From assembly GCF_947494015.1 (NCBI RefSeq), contig NZ_CANLTL010000018.1, forward strand, positions 15,429 through 79,428: a DNA stretch of 64,000 nt, written 5' to 3'. Both the position numbers and the translations under genes were made by a program. Positions within the stretch are counted from its first letter, which is position 1, and every line of letters begins with the position of its first letter. A model generated the notes under the pieces. That model was not told the DNA's origin. It saw only the letters and a program-made list of their open reading frames with translations, and did not search any database. This document shows positions 24,420 through 36,491 of this stretch, piece by piece. The stretch comes from an uncultured Cellulomonas sp. GTDB lineage: Bacteria; Actinomycetota; Actinomycetes; Actinomycetales; Cellulomonadaceae.

Positions 24420-26297
24420 TCAGCGCAGGTCCGGCGGCCCGGGCAGCGGCCACCACGTCACCGGCTGCCCGGTGGCCAGCAGCACCGCCAGCACGCCCGC
24501 CACCGCGAGCGCCGCGGCGACGAGCACCGCGGCCCCCGACCAGCCCGGCGCCACGGCCGCGAGGGTGCGTCGCGTGCCCACCCGGGTCAGCCGGGACAGC
24601 GGCCCCCACCACAGGGCCAGCACGGCGAGCAGCACGGCCAGCCCCAGCGCCGCGGCGTAGGTCAGCGGCCCGTTGCCGCCGCCGCCGCCGAGGGGGACGA
24701 CGAGCCGCCCGGTCTGCAGGGCCCACCACAGGACCCCGCCCACGACCACGACCGCGCTGACGGCCACCACGACCGCCGGCACCAGGCCGACCAGTGCGCG
24801 CAGCAGGTGCCAGGGCGTCGCGGCGGCCACCCGGGCGGCGTCGCCCCGCGCCGGGCCGCCGCGGCGCTCGCGGCGCCGGTCGAGCGCGTCCCCGGCGACG
24901 CCGACGGTGCGCGCCACGACCACCAGCACCAGCACCACGAGGAGCGCGACGCCCGGGTACAGCACTCCCGCGGCGAGGACCGCGAGACCGAGGGCGAGCA
25001 CCGAGCCGGACCGGCGGCGCGGGGCGGGGGCCACGTACGGGGGCGCGTCGTCGGACGGCGCACCCGTCCCGTCCCACGCGTGGGCGCCACCGCTCCCCCC
25101 CGGGTCGGTGTCCGGTGCGCCGCCCGGTGGCACCGACCGGTCCCAGGCGTCGTCGCCGCGCTCGGACTGCTCACCGCCCCAGGCACCGGCCGGCACCACG
25201 CTGGGCGGGTGGACGCCGGGGTGGGCGACACCGGGCGGATCGGCGCCGAGCGGCCCGGCCGCGGTCGGCTCGGCGTCGGGGACCGGCACCGCGACCGTCG
25301 AGCCCGCGTGGTCGACGCCGACCACCGGCATCGCCCGGGTGGTGCCCGCGTCGGTGACCCCGATCGGCCGCGTCGCACCGGCCGCGACGTCCGGCAGCAC
25401 CTCGGTGCGGGCGCCGGCGTCCGCGCGCAGCGCCTGGGTGCGGGGGGCGCCGTCCGCGCGCAGCGCCTGGGTCGCGGGCACGGCCGGCACGCGGGCGGCG
25501 GCGTCGCGCAGCTCGGCGGTCACCGCGTCGGGCGGGCGACGCCGGGCGGGGTCCGGCACGAGGGCGCCACGCAGCGGGTCGGCGACGTCGTCCGGCACCC
25601 CGGCGAGGTCGACGTCGCCGGCGCGGGTCCGGGCGATCACCCCCTCGAGCGGTCGCGTCCCGAACGGCGCCCGCCCGGTGGCGGCGAACGCGAGCACGGC
25701 GGCCCAGCCCCACCAGTCCGTCGCCGGGGACGGGTCCTCGTCGGCGAGCAGCTCGGGCGCCAGGTAACCGGGGGTGCCGACCACGAACCCGGCCGACGTC
25801 ACCCGGGCGTCGTCGGCGGCCTGGGCGATGCCGAAGTCGATGAGGACGGGCCCGTCGCGGGTGAGCATCACGTTGGACGGCTTGAGGTCGCGATGCACGA
25901 CGCCCGCGGCGTGGACGGCGCCGAGCGCGTCCTGCAGGCCGGCCGCGAGCTCGGCGACCTCGACCGGGGGCAGCGGCCCGCCGCGCGCGACGTGCTGCTC
26001 GAGGGTCAGCCCGTCGACCAGCTCGGTGACCACGAAGGCCTCGGTGGAGTCCGCCTCGGCGTCCAGCACCGCCGCGACGCCCGGATGACGCAGCCGCTGC
26101 AGGGCGGCGACCTCGCGGCGCAGCCGGTCCCGGGCCGCCGGGTCGGCGCCCACGTGCGGGTGCAGCACCTTCAGCGCGACCGCCTGCCCACCACCGTCGA
26201 CGGCCCGGTACACCGTGCCCATGCCCCCGGAGCCCAGCGGTGCGACGATCCGGTAGCCGCCCACCTCCGTGCCCGGTGCCGGGCCCTGTCCGTCCAT
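24420..26297 (-). CDS. Ser/Thr protein kinase with polytopic C-terminal membrane domain
   Basis: GSGGMGTVYRA...AVALKVL, VVHRDLKPSNVML, IDFGIA and GTPGYLAPE are present. An Ala/Pro/Gly linker follows, then at least 4 hydrophobic segments in the last roughly 200 aa. Confidence 0.9.
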   Translation of the reverse strand: MDGQGPAPGTEVGGYRIVAPLGSGGMGTVYRAVDGGGQAVALKVLHPHVGADPAARDRLRREVAALQRLRHPGVAAVLDAEADSTEAFVVTELVDGLTLEQHVARGGPLPPVEVAELAAGLQDALGAVHAAGVVHRDLKPSNVMLTRDGPVLIDFGIAQAADDARVTSAGFVVGTPGYLAPELLADEDPSPATDWWGWAAVLAFAATGRAPFGTRPLEGVIARTRAGDVDLAGVPDDVADPLRGALVPDPARRRPPDAVTAELRDAAARVPAVPATQALRADGAPRTQALRADAGARTEVLPDVAAGATRPIGVTDAGTTRAMPVVGVDHAGSTVAVPVPDAEPTAAGPLGADPPGVAHPGVHPPSVVPAGAWGGEQSERGDDAWDRSVPPGGAPDTDPGGSGGAHAWDGTGAPSDDAPPYVAPAPRRRSGSVLALGLAVLAAGVLYPGVALLVVLVLVVVARTVGVAGDALDRRRERRGGPARGDAARVAAATPWHLLRALVGLVPAVVVAVSAVVVVGGVLWWALQTGRLVVPLGGGGGNGPLTYAAALGLAVLLAVLALWWGPLSRLTRVGTRRTLAAVAPGWSGAAVLVAAALAVAGVLAVLLATGQPVTWWPLPGPPDLR

Positions 26298-26378
26298 GGC
26301 TGCACGGTAGCCGGGGCACCACCGGCACCGTCCGGTTCAGCGCGCAGAGCCGCGACCGGGCCAGATAGCCTCGAACAC

Positions 26379-27899
26379 ATGTCGCAGTCGAACCCGGTGG
26401 ACGCAGGCGAGTACGACCTGGTGGCGGTGGCCAACAGGCTCCCGGTGGACTTCACGGTGGACGACGCCGGCGAGGTCAGCTGGAGCCGGTCCCCCGGGGG
26501 GCTGGTGACGGCGCTCGAGCCGATGATGCAGGCCGCCGACGGGGCCTGGGTCGGCTGGTCCGGCGCACCGGACCTCGCGCACGAGCCGTTCGACGGCGAC
26601 GACATCCGGCTCGTGCCCGTGACCCTGTCCGCCGAGGAGATCGAGCTCTACTACGAGGGCTTCTCGAACGACACCCTGTGGCCGCTGTACCACGACGTCA
26701 TCACCGCGCCCGCCTACCACCGGCAGTGGTGGGAGGCCTACCGACGGGTCAACCGGCGCTTCGCCGAGGCGGCCGCCGCCCAGGTCGCCCGCGGCGGGAC
26801 GGTCTGGGTGCACGACTACCAGCTGCAGCTCGTGCCGGCGATGATCCGCGAGCTGCGCCCCGACGTCCGGATCGGGTTCTTCAACCACATCCCGTTCCCG
26901 GGGCTGGAGATCTTCGCCCAGCTGCCCTGGCGGCGGCAGATCGTCGAGGGCCTGCTCGGCGCCGACGTGATCGGGTTCCAGCGGGCCAGCGACGCCTCCA
27001 ACTTCGTGCGCGCGGTGCGCCGGCTCACCGACCTGACCACCCGCGGGCAGGTGGTCACGGTGACCGGCGCGGACGGTCGCGCCGAGCGCCACGTGCGCGC
27101 GGCGGCGTTCCCGATCTCGATCGACTCAGCGCACTTCGACCAGCTCGCCCGGCGACCGGAGGTCCAGCAGCGCGCCCGGGAGATCCGCGAGGAGCTGGGC
27201 AACCCCCAGACGCTGCTGCTCGGGGTGGACCGCCTGGACTACACCAAGGGCATCCGGCACCGGGTGAAGGCGTTCGGCGAGCTCGTGGAGGACGGCCGCC
27301 TGACCGTCCCGGAGGCCACTCTGGTGCAGGTGGCGAGCCCGAGCCGGGAGAACGTGGGCGCCTACCAGCAGCTGCGCGAGGACGTCGAGCTGCTCGTGGG
27401 GCGGATCAACGGCGACTTCGGGCACCTCGGTCACCCGGCCGTGCACTACCTGCACCACTCCTACCCGCCCAAGGAGATGGCGGCGCTGTACCTGGCCGCC
27501 GACGTGATGCTGGTGACCGCGCTGCGCGACGGGATGAACCTCGTCGCCAAGGAGTACGTCGCCGCGCGGTCCGACGACCGCGGCGTGCTCGTCCTCTCCG
27601 AGTTCACCGGCGCCGCCGACGAGCTGACCGGCGCCGTCATGGTGAACCCGCACGACATCGACGGCATGAAGGACATGATCGTCCGGGCCGTCGAGATGGA
27701 CGCCCGCGAGCAGCGCAAGCGGATGCGGCGGCTGCGCCGGCGGGTGCTGGAGGACGACGTCGCGAAGTGGTCGCGGTCGTTCCTGTCGGTGCTGGGCGCG
27801 GTCCCGCTGGCCGAGCCCGCCGGGTGGACCGGGTCCGCCGGGTCGTCCGGCCTCGCCGCCGGTGACCCGACCGAGGAGGCTGCGGAGCCCGTGCGCTGA
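26379..27899 (+). CDS. otsA: Alpha,alpha-trehalose-phosphate synthase (UDP-forming)
   Basis: ATG 26379 (MSQSNPVDAGEYDLVAVANRLPV) lies inside ORF 24807..27899. GFSNDTLWPLYH, VWVHDYQL and LVAKEYVA are present. Confidence 0.92.
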   Translation: MSQSNPVDAGEYDLVAVANRLPVDFTVDDAGEVSWSRSPGGLVTALEPMMQAADGAWVGWSGAPDLAHEPFDGDDIRLVPVTLSAEEIELYYEGFSNDTLWPLYHDVITAPAYHRQWWEAYRRVNRRFAEAAAAQVARGGTVWVHDYQLQLVPAMIRELRPDVRIGFFNHIPFPGLEIFAQLPWRRQIVEGLLGADVIGFQRASDASNFVRAVRRLTDLTTRGQVVTVTGADGRAERHVRAAAFPISIDSAHFDQLARRPEVQQRAREIREELGNPQTLLLGVDRLDYTKGIRHRVKAFGELVEDGRLTVPEATLVQVASPSRENVGAYQQLREDVELLVGRINGDFGHLGHPAVHYLHHSYPPKEMAALYLAADVMLVTALRDGMNLVAKEYVAARSDDRGVLVLSEFTGAADELTGAVMVNPHDIDGMKDMIVRAVEMDAREQRKRMRRLRRRVLEDDVAKWSRSFLSVLGAVPLAEPAGWTGSAGSSGLAAGDPTEEAAEPVR

Positions 27900-28091
27900 C
27901 ACCGCTGACCGCCGCGGGCGACCGGGGACGTGGCCCGGATCACGCCCGCTCGCCGGTGTGGCAGGATGGCCCCGGGCCGCAGGCCCGGCGACGGCTGCCG
28001 GCACCTGTGCTGGCCTGTGTCAGCGAAGACACTCTGACACTCTCACGACGGATCGTCCGGCACGTACCTGCCGGTGAGGGGAAGTATCGAC

Positions 28092-29222
<1,131 letters not shown>

Positions 29223-29237
29223 CACCAGCACGACCCG

Positions 29238-29274
29238 CGAGGGGCGGTCCGGCTCACTGCCGGTCCGCCCCTCG
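29238..29274 (+). terminator. Hairpin after msiK (15-bp arms, one central mismatch)
   Basis: CGAGGGGCGGTCCGG at 29238-29252 pairs with CCGGTCCGCCCCTCG at 29260-29274. Confidence 0.45.
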
Positions 29275-29318
29275 CCGTATCCCCCGCCGGAGCACCGGCC
29301 GGACCCCCGAGGAGACCC

Positions 29319-30560
29319 GTGGCACAGAACCTGCAGATCACCGCGGCCGCGCCCGACCCGGCGCTGCTCGACCTGCCCTGGGACGTGCCGCTCGAGCAGT
29401 GGCCGGACCACACCCTCGCCGCGCTGCCGCGCGGGATCTCGCGCCACATCGTCCGGTTCGTCCGGCTCTCCGGGCGCGTCATCGCCGTCAAGGAGATCGG
29501 CGAGTCGGTGGCGTACCGCGAGTACGACCTGCTGCGGCAGCTGAGCCGGATCGACGTCCCGAGCGTCGAGCCCGTGGGGGTCATCACCGGGCGCCGTTCC
29601 CCCGAGGGCGAGCCGCTGGAAGCCGTGCTGATCACCCACCACCTGCAGTTCTCGCTGCCCTACCGCGCCCTGTTCAGCCAGACGCTGCAGCCGGACACCG
29701 CCACGCGGCTGATCGACGCCCTCGCGGTGCTCCTGGTGCGACTGCACCTGGCCGGCTTCTACTGGGGTGACGTGTCGCTGTCCAACACGCTCTTCCGGCG
29801 CGACGCCGAGGCGTTCGCCGCCTACCTGGTCGACGCCGAGACCGGGGACCTGCACGACGCGCTCAGCGACGGCCAGCGCGCGTACGACCTCGAGGTGGCG
29901 CGGGTCAACATCATCGGCGAGCTCATGGACCTGCAGGCCGGTGAGCTGCTGGAGGAGGACGTCGACGTCGTCGCCATCGGCGCCATGCTGGTCGAGCGGT
30001 ACGAGGGGCTGTGGACGGCCCTGACGGACATCGAGTCGTTCACCGCTGGCGACCGGTGGCGGGTGGCCGCCCGCATCGACCGGCTCAACGAGCTGGGCTT
30101 CGACGTCGGCGAGCTCGACATCACCACCGACATCGACGGCACCACGCTGCACATCCAGCCGAAGGTGGTCGACGCCGGCCACCACTCGCGCCGCCTCATG
30201 CGGCTGACCGGCCTGGACGTCCAGGAGAACCAGGCGCGTCGTCTGCTCAACGACCTGGACGCGTACGCGGCCGCCATCGACCGGCAGAACGACGAGGAGT
30301 CGTTCGTCGCGCACGACTGGCTCACCCACGTCTTCGAGCCGGCCGTGCGGTCGGTGCCGCGCGAGCTGCGCGGCAAGCTCGAGCCCGCGCAGGTGTTCCA
30401 CGAGCTGCTCGACCACCGCTGGTACATCTCCAGCGAGCAGGGCCGGGACGTGCCGCTCGAGGAGGCCGTGGCCAGCTACGTGCAGAACGTGCTGCGCCAC
30501 CGCCCGGACGAGCTGGCGATCCTGGGGGCGAGCGGCCTGGCCGACGACGAGGACGCGTAG
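29319..30560 (+). CDS. DUF4032 domain-containing protein (kinase-like N-terminal region)
   Basis: The ORF is 413 aa. IAVKEIGESVAYREYDLLRQL, LHLAGFYWGDVSLSNTLF and AYLVDAETG resemble RIO/LPS-kinase-like folds. DHRWYISSEQGRDV is typical of the DUF4032 C-terminus. Confidence 0.8.
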   Translation: MAQNLQITAAAPDPALLDLPWDVPLEQWPDHTLAALPRGISRHIVRFVRLSGRVIAVKEIGESVAYREYDLLRQLSRIDVPSVEPVGVITGRRSPEGEPLEAVLITHHLQFSLPYRALFSQTLQPDTATRLIDALAVLLVRLHLAGFYWGDVSLSNTLFRRDAEAFAAYLVDAETGDLHDALSDGQRAYDLEVARVNIIGELMDLQAGELLEEDVDVVAIGAMLVERYEGLWTALTDIESFTAGDRWRVAARIDRLNELGFDVGELDITTDIDGTTLHIQPKVVDAGHHSRRLMRLTGLDVQENQARRLLNDLDAYAAAIDRQNDEESFVAHDWLTHVFEPAVRSVPRELRGKLEPAQVFHELLDHRWYISSEQGRDVPLEEAVASYVQNVLRHRPDELAILGASGLADDEDA

Positions 30561-30579
30561 CGGTCAGGACGCACAGCGG

Positions 30580-31593
30580 TCAGGCGTCGCGGCGCTGCCG
30601 GGACACCTCGTACAGCGCGATGCCGGCCGCCACGCCGGCGTTGAGCGACTCGACCGCCGAGGCGATCGGGATCGACACGATCGCGTCGCAGGTGTCCCGC
30701 ACCAGCCGGGACAGGCCCTTGCCCTCGGACCCCACGACCAGGACGAGGCCGTCGGTCGCGAACGGCAGCGCGCTCACGTCGGTGTCGCCGCCGCCGTCCA
30801 GGCCGACCACGAAGCACCCCGCCGCCCGGTACGCCTGCAGCGCGCGCACCAGGTTCGTCGCCCGGGCCACCGGGACGCGGGCCGCGGCCCCGGCCGACAC
30901 CTTCCACGCCGACGCGGTGACCCCGGCGGACCGGCGCTCGGGCAGCAGCACGCCGTGCGCGGCGAACGCACCGGCGGACCGCAGCACGGCGCCCAGGTTG
31001 CGCGGGTCGGTCACCCCGTCGAGCGCGACCACCAGCGGCGCCGTGCCCGCCTCCGCGGCGGCGTCCAGCAGGTCCTCCGGCTCGCGGTAGGTGTACGGCG
31101 GCACCTGGATGGCGACGCCCTGGTGCACCGCGCCGTCGGTGAGCCGGTCGAGCTCGGGCTTGCTCACCTCGAGCAGCGGCAGGCCGCGGTCGGTGACCGC
31201 CGCGAGGATCTCGCGGGTGCGGTCGTCGACCTCGATGCGGGTCGCGTAGTACACCGTGCTCACCGGGATGCCGGCCCGCAGCGCCTCGACGACCGAGTTG
31301 CGCCCCGAGACGATCTCGTGCGTCGCGGAGACGCCCTTGGTGCCGCGCGAGCCACCCGCCGACCGCGACGAGCGGGCGTCGGGCGCCCCGCCGGACCGGC
31401 GGGTCCCGGCCACCGCCCGGCGGTCGGCCGCGGCCGCCCGCTTGGCCGCCGGGTGGTACGGACGCTCGGTCGCCTTGGGCGTGGGCCCCCGGCCCTCGAG
31501 CGCCTGACGGCCCTGGCCGCCGGAGCCGGCCTGGGCGCCCTTCTTGGATCCGGCCTTGCGGGTCGCGCCGCGGCGCGAGGAGTTGCCTGCCAT
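30580..31593 (-). CDS. rlmB: 23S rRNA (guanosine-2'-O)-methyltransferase RlmB (SpoU/TrmH family)
   Basis: The start MAGNSSRRG at 31593 overlaps the cysS stop by 1 nt (TGATG). The N-terminal tail is basic. DGVTDPRNLGAVLRSA, VVGSEGKGL and IPIASAVESLNAGVAAG are present. Confidence 0.88.
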   Translation of the reverse strand: MAGNSSRRGATRKAGSKKGAQAGSGGQGRQALEGRGPTPKATERPYHPAAKRAAAADRRAVAGTRRSGGAPDARSSRSAGGSRGTKGVSATHEIVSGRNSVVEALRAGIPVSTVYYATRIEVDDRTREILAAVTDRGLPLLEVSKPELDRLTDGAVHQGVAIQVPPYTYREPEDLLDAAAEAGTAPLVVALDGVTDPRNLGAVLRSAGAFAAHGVLLPERRSAGVTASAWKVSAGAAARVPVARATNLVRALQAYRAAGCFVVGLDGGGDTDVSALPFATDGLVLVVGSEGKGLSRLVRDTCDAIVSIPIASAVESLNAGVAAGIALYEVSRQRRDA

Positions 31594-33032
31594 CAGTGGT
31601 GTTCCTCCCGGGTGGTGGCCAGCGACCATCGCGCCCCGGCCGGTGAGTCCTCGACCACGACCCCGGCCGCCAGCAGGCGGTCCCGGATCGCGTCGGCGGT
31701 GGTGAAGTCCCGCTCGGCGCGCGCCTGCGCCCGGGCCGCGAGCTCGGCGCGCACGACGGCGTCCAGCGCGTCCGCGTAGCGCGCGTCGCTGCCGGTGGCT
31801 GCCCACTGCGGCGCCCCCGGGTCCAGGCCCAGCACGTCGAGCATCGCCCGCAGCGCGACCAGCGCGGCGCGGGCGTCCGGCAGGTCACCGGCCGCGAGGG
31901 CGGTGTTGCCGGCGCGCAGCCGCTCGTGCACGACGGCGAGCGCGGCCGGGACGTTGAGGTCGTCGTCCATCGCCGCGGTGAACTCCAGCGGCAGCGCCGT
32001 CGTGCGCACCTCGGCGTCGTCGACGGCGCCCACGCGCTCGACCGCCCGCTCGACGAAGCCGGCCAGCCGGTCCCACGCCGCCTCGGCCTCGGGCAGGGTG
32101 TCGTCGGTCCACTCGAGCATCGACCGGTACTGCACGGCCGTCATCGCGTACCGCAGCACCGCGGGGCGGGTGCGGGCCAGCACCTCGGTCACCAGCAGGC
32201 CGTTGCCGAGCGACTTGCTCATCTTCACGCCGGACTGGGTGACCCACCCGTTGTGCAGCCACAGGCGCGCGAACCCCAGGCCCGCGGCCCGGGACTGCGC
32301 CTGCTCGTTCTCGTGGTGCGGGAACCGCAGGTCCAGGCCGCCGCAGTGGATGTCGAAGCTGTCGCCGAGGTAGCGCCGGGCCATCGCCGAGCACTCCAGG
32401 TGCCAGCCCGGACGGCCACGGCCGAACGGGGTGGGCCACGAGGCCGTGGACGGCTCGGCCGGCTTCGGCGCCTTCCACAGGGCGAAGTCGCGCGGGTCGC
32501 GCTTGGCCGCGCCCACCGGGTCGGCGTCCGGGGCGGGGACCATGTCCTCGAGCCGCTGGTTGGTCAGGGCGCCGTACGCGGGGTAGGACCGCACGTCGAA
32601 GTAGACGTCGCCCTCGCCCGCGGCGTAGGCGTGCCCGGTGTCGACCAGGGTCCGCATCAGCTCGACCATCTCCGGCACGTGACCGGTCGCCCGCGGCTCG
32701 TACGTGGGCGGCAGGACGCCGACGGCGTCGTAGCCGTGGCGGAAGGCGCGCTCGTTCGTCATCGCCCAGGCCCACCAGGGCACACCGGCGTCGGCCGCCT
32801 TGGCCAGGATCTTGTCGTCGATATCGGTGACGTTGCGGACCAGCGTGACGCGCAGGCCCGACCGCTCCAGCCAGCGGTGCAGCACGTCGAAGGCGACGGC
32901 CGAGCGCAGGTGGCCGATGTGCGGCGGCGCCTGGACCGTCGCACCGCACAGGTAGATGCCGACCTCGCCCGGGACCAGGGGCTCGAAGGCACGCACCTCG
33001 TGGGTGGCGGTGTCGTACAGGCGCAGGCTCAC
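31593..33032 (-). CDS. cysS: Cysteine--tRNA ligase
   Basis: The HIGH motif (PHIGHLRS) and the KMSKS motif (KMSKSLGN) are both present. Confidence 0.95.
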   Translation of the reverse strand: MSLRLYDTATHEVRAFEPLVPGEVGIYLCGATVQAPPHIGHLRSAVAFDVLHRWLERSGLRVTLVRNVTDIDDKILAKAADAGVPWWAWAMTNERAFRHGYDAVGVLPPTYEPRATGHVPEMVELMRTLVDTGHAYAAGEGDVYFDVRSYPAYGALTNQRLEDMVPAPDADPVGAAKRDPRDFALWKAPKPAEPSTASWPTPFGRGRPGWHLECSAMARRYLGDSFDIHCGGLDLRFPHHENEQAQSRAAGLGFARLWLHNGWVTQSGVKMSKSLGNGLLVTEVLARTRPAVLRYAMTAVQYRSMLEWTDDTLPEAEAAWDRLAGFVERAVERVGAVDDAEVRTTALPLEFTAAMDDDLNVPAALAVVHERLRAGNTALAAGDLPDARAALVALRAMLDVLGLDPGAPQWAATGSDARYADALDAVVRAELAARAQARAERDFTTADAIRDRLLAAGVVVEDSPAGARWSLATTREEHH

Positions 33033-33126
33033 CGGCCCAGGCTACCGGCGCACGCCGTCACGCCCCGCACCGCCGTCCTCGCCGGGTGGTCACCCCGGGC
33101 GGTCGACGCCGGGTGGCCGCCGGCCG

Positions 33127-33636
33127 TCAGACTCCCGGTGCCGCCGAGCGCACCACGAGGGCCGTCGCGATCGCGGCCACGCCCTCCCCCCGCCCGGTGA
33201 GGCCCAGGCCGTCGGTCGTGGTCGCCGAGATCGACACGTCGGCGCCGCAGGCGGCGGACAGGGCGGCCGCGGCCTCGGCCCGCCGCGGGCCCAGCCGGGG
33301 ACGGTTCCCGATCACCTGGACCGCGACGTTGCCGATCTCGAACCCCGCGGCCCGCACCCGGCGCGCGGCCTCGGCCAGCAGCTCGGCCCCGGACGCGCCG
33401 GCCCACCGCGGCTCGGACGTCCCGAAGTGCAGGCCCAGGTCCCCGATCCCCGCCGCGGAGAACAGGGCGTCGGCGGCGGCGTGCGCAGCGACGTCGGCGT
33501 CGGAGTGGCCGGCCAGACCGGGCTCGCCCGGCCAGTGCAGGCCACCCAGGTGCAGGGCACGTCCGTCGGCCGGGTCGGCGAACGCGTGCACGTCGGTGCC
33601 CACGCCGACCCGGGGCAGCCCCGCCCCGCCGGTCAC
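33127..33636 (-). CDS. ispF: 2-C-methyl-D-erythritol 2,4-cyclodiphosphate synthase
   Basis: [21 protein letters not shown] and [14 protein letters not shown] are present. It overlaps the ispD stop by 4 nt. Confidence 0.93.
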   Translation of the reverse strand: MTGGAGLPRVGVGTDVHAFADPADGRALHLGGLHWPGEPGLAGHSDADVAAHAAADALFSAAGIGDLGLHFGTSEPRWAGASGAELLAEAARRVRAAGFEIGNVAVQVIGNRPRLGPRRAEAAAALSAACGADVSISATTTDGLGLTGRGEGVAAIATALVVRSAAPGV

Positions 33637-34403
33637 GGCTGCGTCCCGGCGCCGGCCACGAGCGGCGCGACCGCGTCCGGCGAGGCGCCGGCGAGCACCA
33701 GACCGGCCACGGCCAGGTCGCCGGCGGTGGTGATCTTCATGGCCGCCGGGTCGCCGGTGACCGCGACCACGGGCGCGCCGAGCAGCGCGACCAGGGACGA
33801 GTCGTCGGTCGCGGCGACCGCCTCGTCGCCCGCGCGCCCGGCGGCCGCCGCATGGGCCCGGACCAGCAGCGCACGGCGGAAGCCCTGCGGGGTCTGCACC
33901 AGCCGCAGGGAGGTCCGGTCGGGGGTGGCCAGGACCGGGACGGCGTCGTCGTCGGCGCGCGCGGCGGGGCCCACCTGGGCGACGGTGTCGGTGACGGCGA
34001 TCGCGGGGATGACGGCGCCGTGGCCGGAGCCGACGGCGGCGGCCACCCGACGCACGAGCGAGACGGGGGCGAGCGCGCGGGCCGCGTCGTGGACGAGGAC
34101 GGCGTCGACGTCGGGCGGCACGAGGGCCAGGGCGGCGGCGACGGACGCCTGCCGGCTCGGGCCGCCGTCGGTCAGCAGCAGCCCGACGCGGTCGGGGACG
34201 ACGCCGTCGAGCGCGACCCGGACGTCGTCCAGGTGGCCGGGCGGGGCGGTCACGACCAGCAGGTCCACGACGTCGGAGTCGACGAGGCGGCGCGCGGCGT
34301 GGGTGACCAGGGGCGTCCCATCGAGGGGGACGAGCGCCTTGGGCAGGCGGTGGCCGAGGCGGCTGCCGCTGCCGGCGGCCGTGAGGATGGCGGCGGTGCG
34401 CAT
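33633..34403 (-). CDS. ispD: 2-C-methyl-D-erythritol 4-phosphate cytidylyltransferase
   Basis: [17 protein letters not shown]...PKALVPL is present. ATG 34403 is preferred over GTG 34433. Confidence 0.9.
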   Translation of the reverse strand: MRTAAILTAAGSGSRLGHRLPKALVPLDGTPLVTHAARRLVDSDVVDLLVVTAPPGHLDDVRVALDGVVPDRVGLLLTDGGPSRQASVAAALALVPPDVDAVLVHDAARALAPVSLVRRVAAAVGSGHGAVIPAIAVTDTVAQVGPAARADDDAVPVLATPDRTSLRLVQTPQGFRRALLVRAHAAAAGRAGDEAVAATDDSSLVALLGAPVVAVTGDPAAMKITTAGDLAVAGLVLAGASPDAVAPLVAGAGTQP

Positions 34404-34477
34404 GGTGCGAGCGGTGCGGGCCGGGGCGGGCACCGCCGACCGGTCCGGCCCTCGCCCGCGGGAGGGCCGGTCACCGG

Positions 34478-34960
34478 TCAGGACGCGAGGACCTCGTCGA
34501 GGATGGCCTCGGCCTTGGCCTCCTCGGTGTGCTCGGCGAGTGCGAGCTCCGAGACGAGGATCTGGCGCGCCTTGGCCAGCATGCGCTTCTCGCCGGCGGA
34601 CAGGCCGCGGTCGGCGTCCCGGCGTGACAGGTCGCGGACGACCTCGGCGACCTTGATGACGTCGCCCGACGCGAGCTTCTCCAGGTTGGCCTTGTACCGG
34701 CGCGACCAGTTGGTCGGCTCCTCGGTGTACGGCGCGCGCAGCACGTCGAACACCTTCTCCAGGCCCTCCTGGCCGACGACGTCCCGGACGCCCACGAGGT
34801 CGACGTTCTCGGCCGGCACCTCGATCGTCAGGTCACCCTGGGCGACCTTGAGCTTGAGATAGATCTTGTCCTCGCCGCGGATCGTGCGGGTCTTGACCTC
34901 GGTGATCAGCGCTGCGCCGTGGTGGGGGTAGACAACCGTCTCCCCGACAGTGAAAGTCAT
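34478..34960 (-). CDS. carD: CarD family transcriptional regulator
   Basis: [34 protein letters not shown] and [15 protein letters not shown] are present. Confidence 0.95.
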   Translation of the reverse strand: MTFTVGETVVYPHHGAALITEVKTRTIRGEDKIYLKLKVAQGDLTIEVPAENVDLVGVRDVVGQEGLEKVFDVLRAPYTEEPTNWSRRYKANLEKLASGDVIKVAEVVRDLSRRDADRGLSAGEKRMLAKARQILVSELALAEHTEEAKAEAILDEVLAS

Positions 34961-34988
34961 CTTGGGTTGTCCCCTTTCAAGGGAGTCG

Positions 34989-34997
34989 ATCTTACCA
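34989..34997 (-). promoter_or_regulatory. Candidate extended -10 (TGgTAAGAT) for carD
   Basis: The minus strand reads TGGTAAGAT 28 nt upstream of the carD ATG. It is followed by GAAAGGGGA, an SD-like sequence. Confidence 0.3.
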
Positions 34998-35178
34998 CGG
35001 CACCGGTATGCCCCCGGCCGTCGGCGGCCGCATCGGTGCAGGTCAGGCGCCTCGGCGTTCGCGGCCTCGCGGTGAGCACTAGGCTGAGGCGCGGGAGCGC
35101 GCGCGCCCAGCGCGCCGGCGTCGTCAGGCGATCGGCCCGCGCTCCCGGACCGCCGAGAGACCTGCCTGAGGAGTCACC

Positions 35179-35673
35179 GTGGCCAGCGCCCGCCCGTCCC
35201 GCCGCACCCGGCCGTGGACAGCCAGCACCGTGGTCGCCGTCGCGGCCCTCGCCCTCACCGGGTGCTCGGCCACCAACCCGATCACCACGGCCGAGTCCTA
35301 CAACGTCGTCGACGGCGTCCAGGAGGAGCTCGGCTCGGACGTCGCGGCGCGCAGCCTGCTGGTGCTGACCGCCGAGGAGGGCGCGCCCGGCACGCTGCTC
35401 GGCGCGCTGGCGAACCGCAGCCGAGAGGCCGTGGAGGTCACCCTCGAGCCCGACGGCGGCGACGCGGTGACGATCGACGTCCCGGCCGGCGGGACCGTCC
35501 TGCTGGGCGGGGAGAACGGCGAGGAGGTCGAGCTCGACCGCGTCGGCGTGGCACCCGGGGGGCTGCTCGACGTCACGGCAACGACGCCGGACGGCGGGGC
35601 GACCCGGATCCGGGTGCCGGTGTTCGACGGCACGCTCCCGGAGTACGCGGATGCGGTCCCCGACGCCGACTGA
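35179..35673 (+). CDS. Putative lipoprotein of unknown function
   Basis: GTG start with GAGGAG 5 nt upstream. The lipobox is LALTGCSA after a basic N-region. The mature part is acidic and Gly/Val-rich. Confidence 0.7.
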   Translation: MASARPSRRTRPWTASTVVAVAALALTGCSATNPITTAESYNVVDGVQEELGSDVAARSLLVLTAEEGAPGTLLGALANRSREAVEVTLEPDGGDAVTIDVPAGGTVLLGGENGEEVELDRVGVAPGGLLDVTATTPDGGATRIRVPVFDGTLPEYADAVPDAD

Positions 35674-35697
35674 CCGACGGCGACGACCGCCCGTCGA

Positions 35698-36477
35698 TCA
35701 GCCGAAGCGGCCGGAGATGTAGTCCTCGGTGGCCCGCTCGGACGGTGCGGAGAACATCGTCCCGGTGGCCCCGATCTCCACGAGCTTGCCGGGCTTGCCC
35801 GTGCCCTCGATGTTGAAGAAGGCGGTGCGGTCGCTCACGCGGGCGGCCTGCTGCATGTTGTGGGTCACGATCACGATCGTGTAGGAGTTCTTGAGCTCGG
35901 CGATGAGGTCCTCGATCGCGAGCGTCGAGATCGGGTCGAGGGCCGAGCAGGGCTCGTCCATGAGCAGCACCTGGGGCTTGACCGCGATGGCGCGGGCGAT
36001 GCACAGGCGCTGCTGCTGACCGCCGGACAGCCCCGAGCCGGGCCGGTCCAGGCGGTCCTTGACCTCGTTCCACAGGTTCGCGCCCTGCAGCGAGGACTCC
36101 ACCAGGTCGTTGGCGTCCCCCTTGCTGATCCGGCGGTTGTTCAGCCGGACGCCGGCCAGGACGTTCTCCGCGATCGACATGGTCGGGAACGGGTTGGGCC
36201 GCTGGAACACCATGCCCACGCTGCGGCGCACCGCGACCGGGTCCACACCGTCCCCGTACAGGTCGACCCCGTCCATCGCGACGGTGCCCTCGACCCGCGC
36301 GCCGGGGATGACCTCGTGCATCCGGTTGAGGGTCCGCAGGAAGGTCGACTTGCCGCAGCCGGACGGGCCGATGAAGGCCGTCACCGACCGGGGCTCGACG
36401 GACATCGCGACGTCGGCCACGGCCAGGAAGCTGCCGTAGTAGATGTTGAGGTCCTTGACGTCGATGCGCTTGGCCAC
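35698..36477 (-). CDS. pstB: Phosphate ABC transporter ATP-binding protein
   Basis: GTG 36477 ([15 protein letters not shown]) lies inside ORF 35698..36999. [26 protein letters not shown] and [12 protein letters not shown] are present. Confidence 0.93.
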   Translation of the reverse strand: MAKRIDVKDLNIYYGSFLAVADVAMSVEPRSVTAFIGPSGCGKSTFLRTLNRMHEVIPGARVEGTVAMDGVDLYGDGVDPVAVRRSVGMVFQRPNPFPTMSIAENVLAGVRLNNRRISKGDANDLVESSLQGANLWNEVKDRLDRPGSGLSGGQQQRLCIARAIAVKPQVLLMDEPCSALDPISTLAIEDLIAELKNSYTIVIVTHNMQQAARVSDRTAFFNIEGTGKPGKLVEIGATGTMFSAPSERATEDYISGRFG

Positions 36478-36491
36478 GAGGCGATTGTCCT

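Noticed and set aside
24188-24420. tRNA-Thr as a possible integration site for a genomic island or prophage.
   Set aside because: Both flanks are ordinary chromosomal genes (SGNH hydrolase, Ser/Thr kinase). There is no integrase or recombinase, and I found no second copy of the tRNA 3' end elsewhere in the window.
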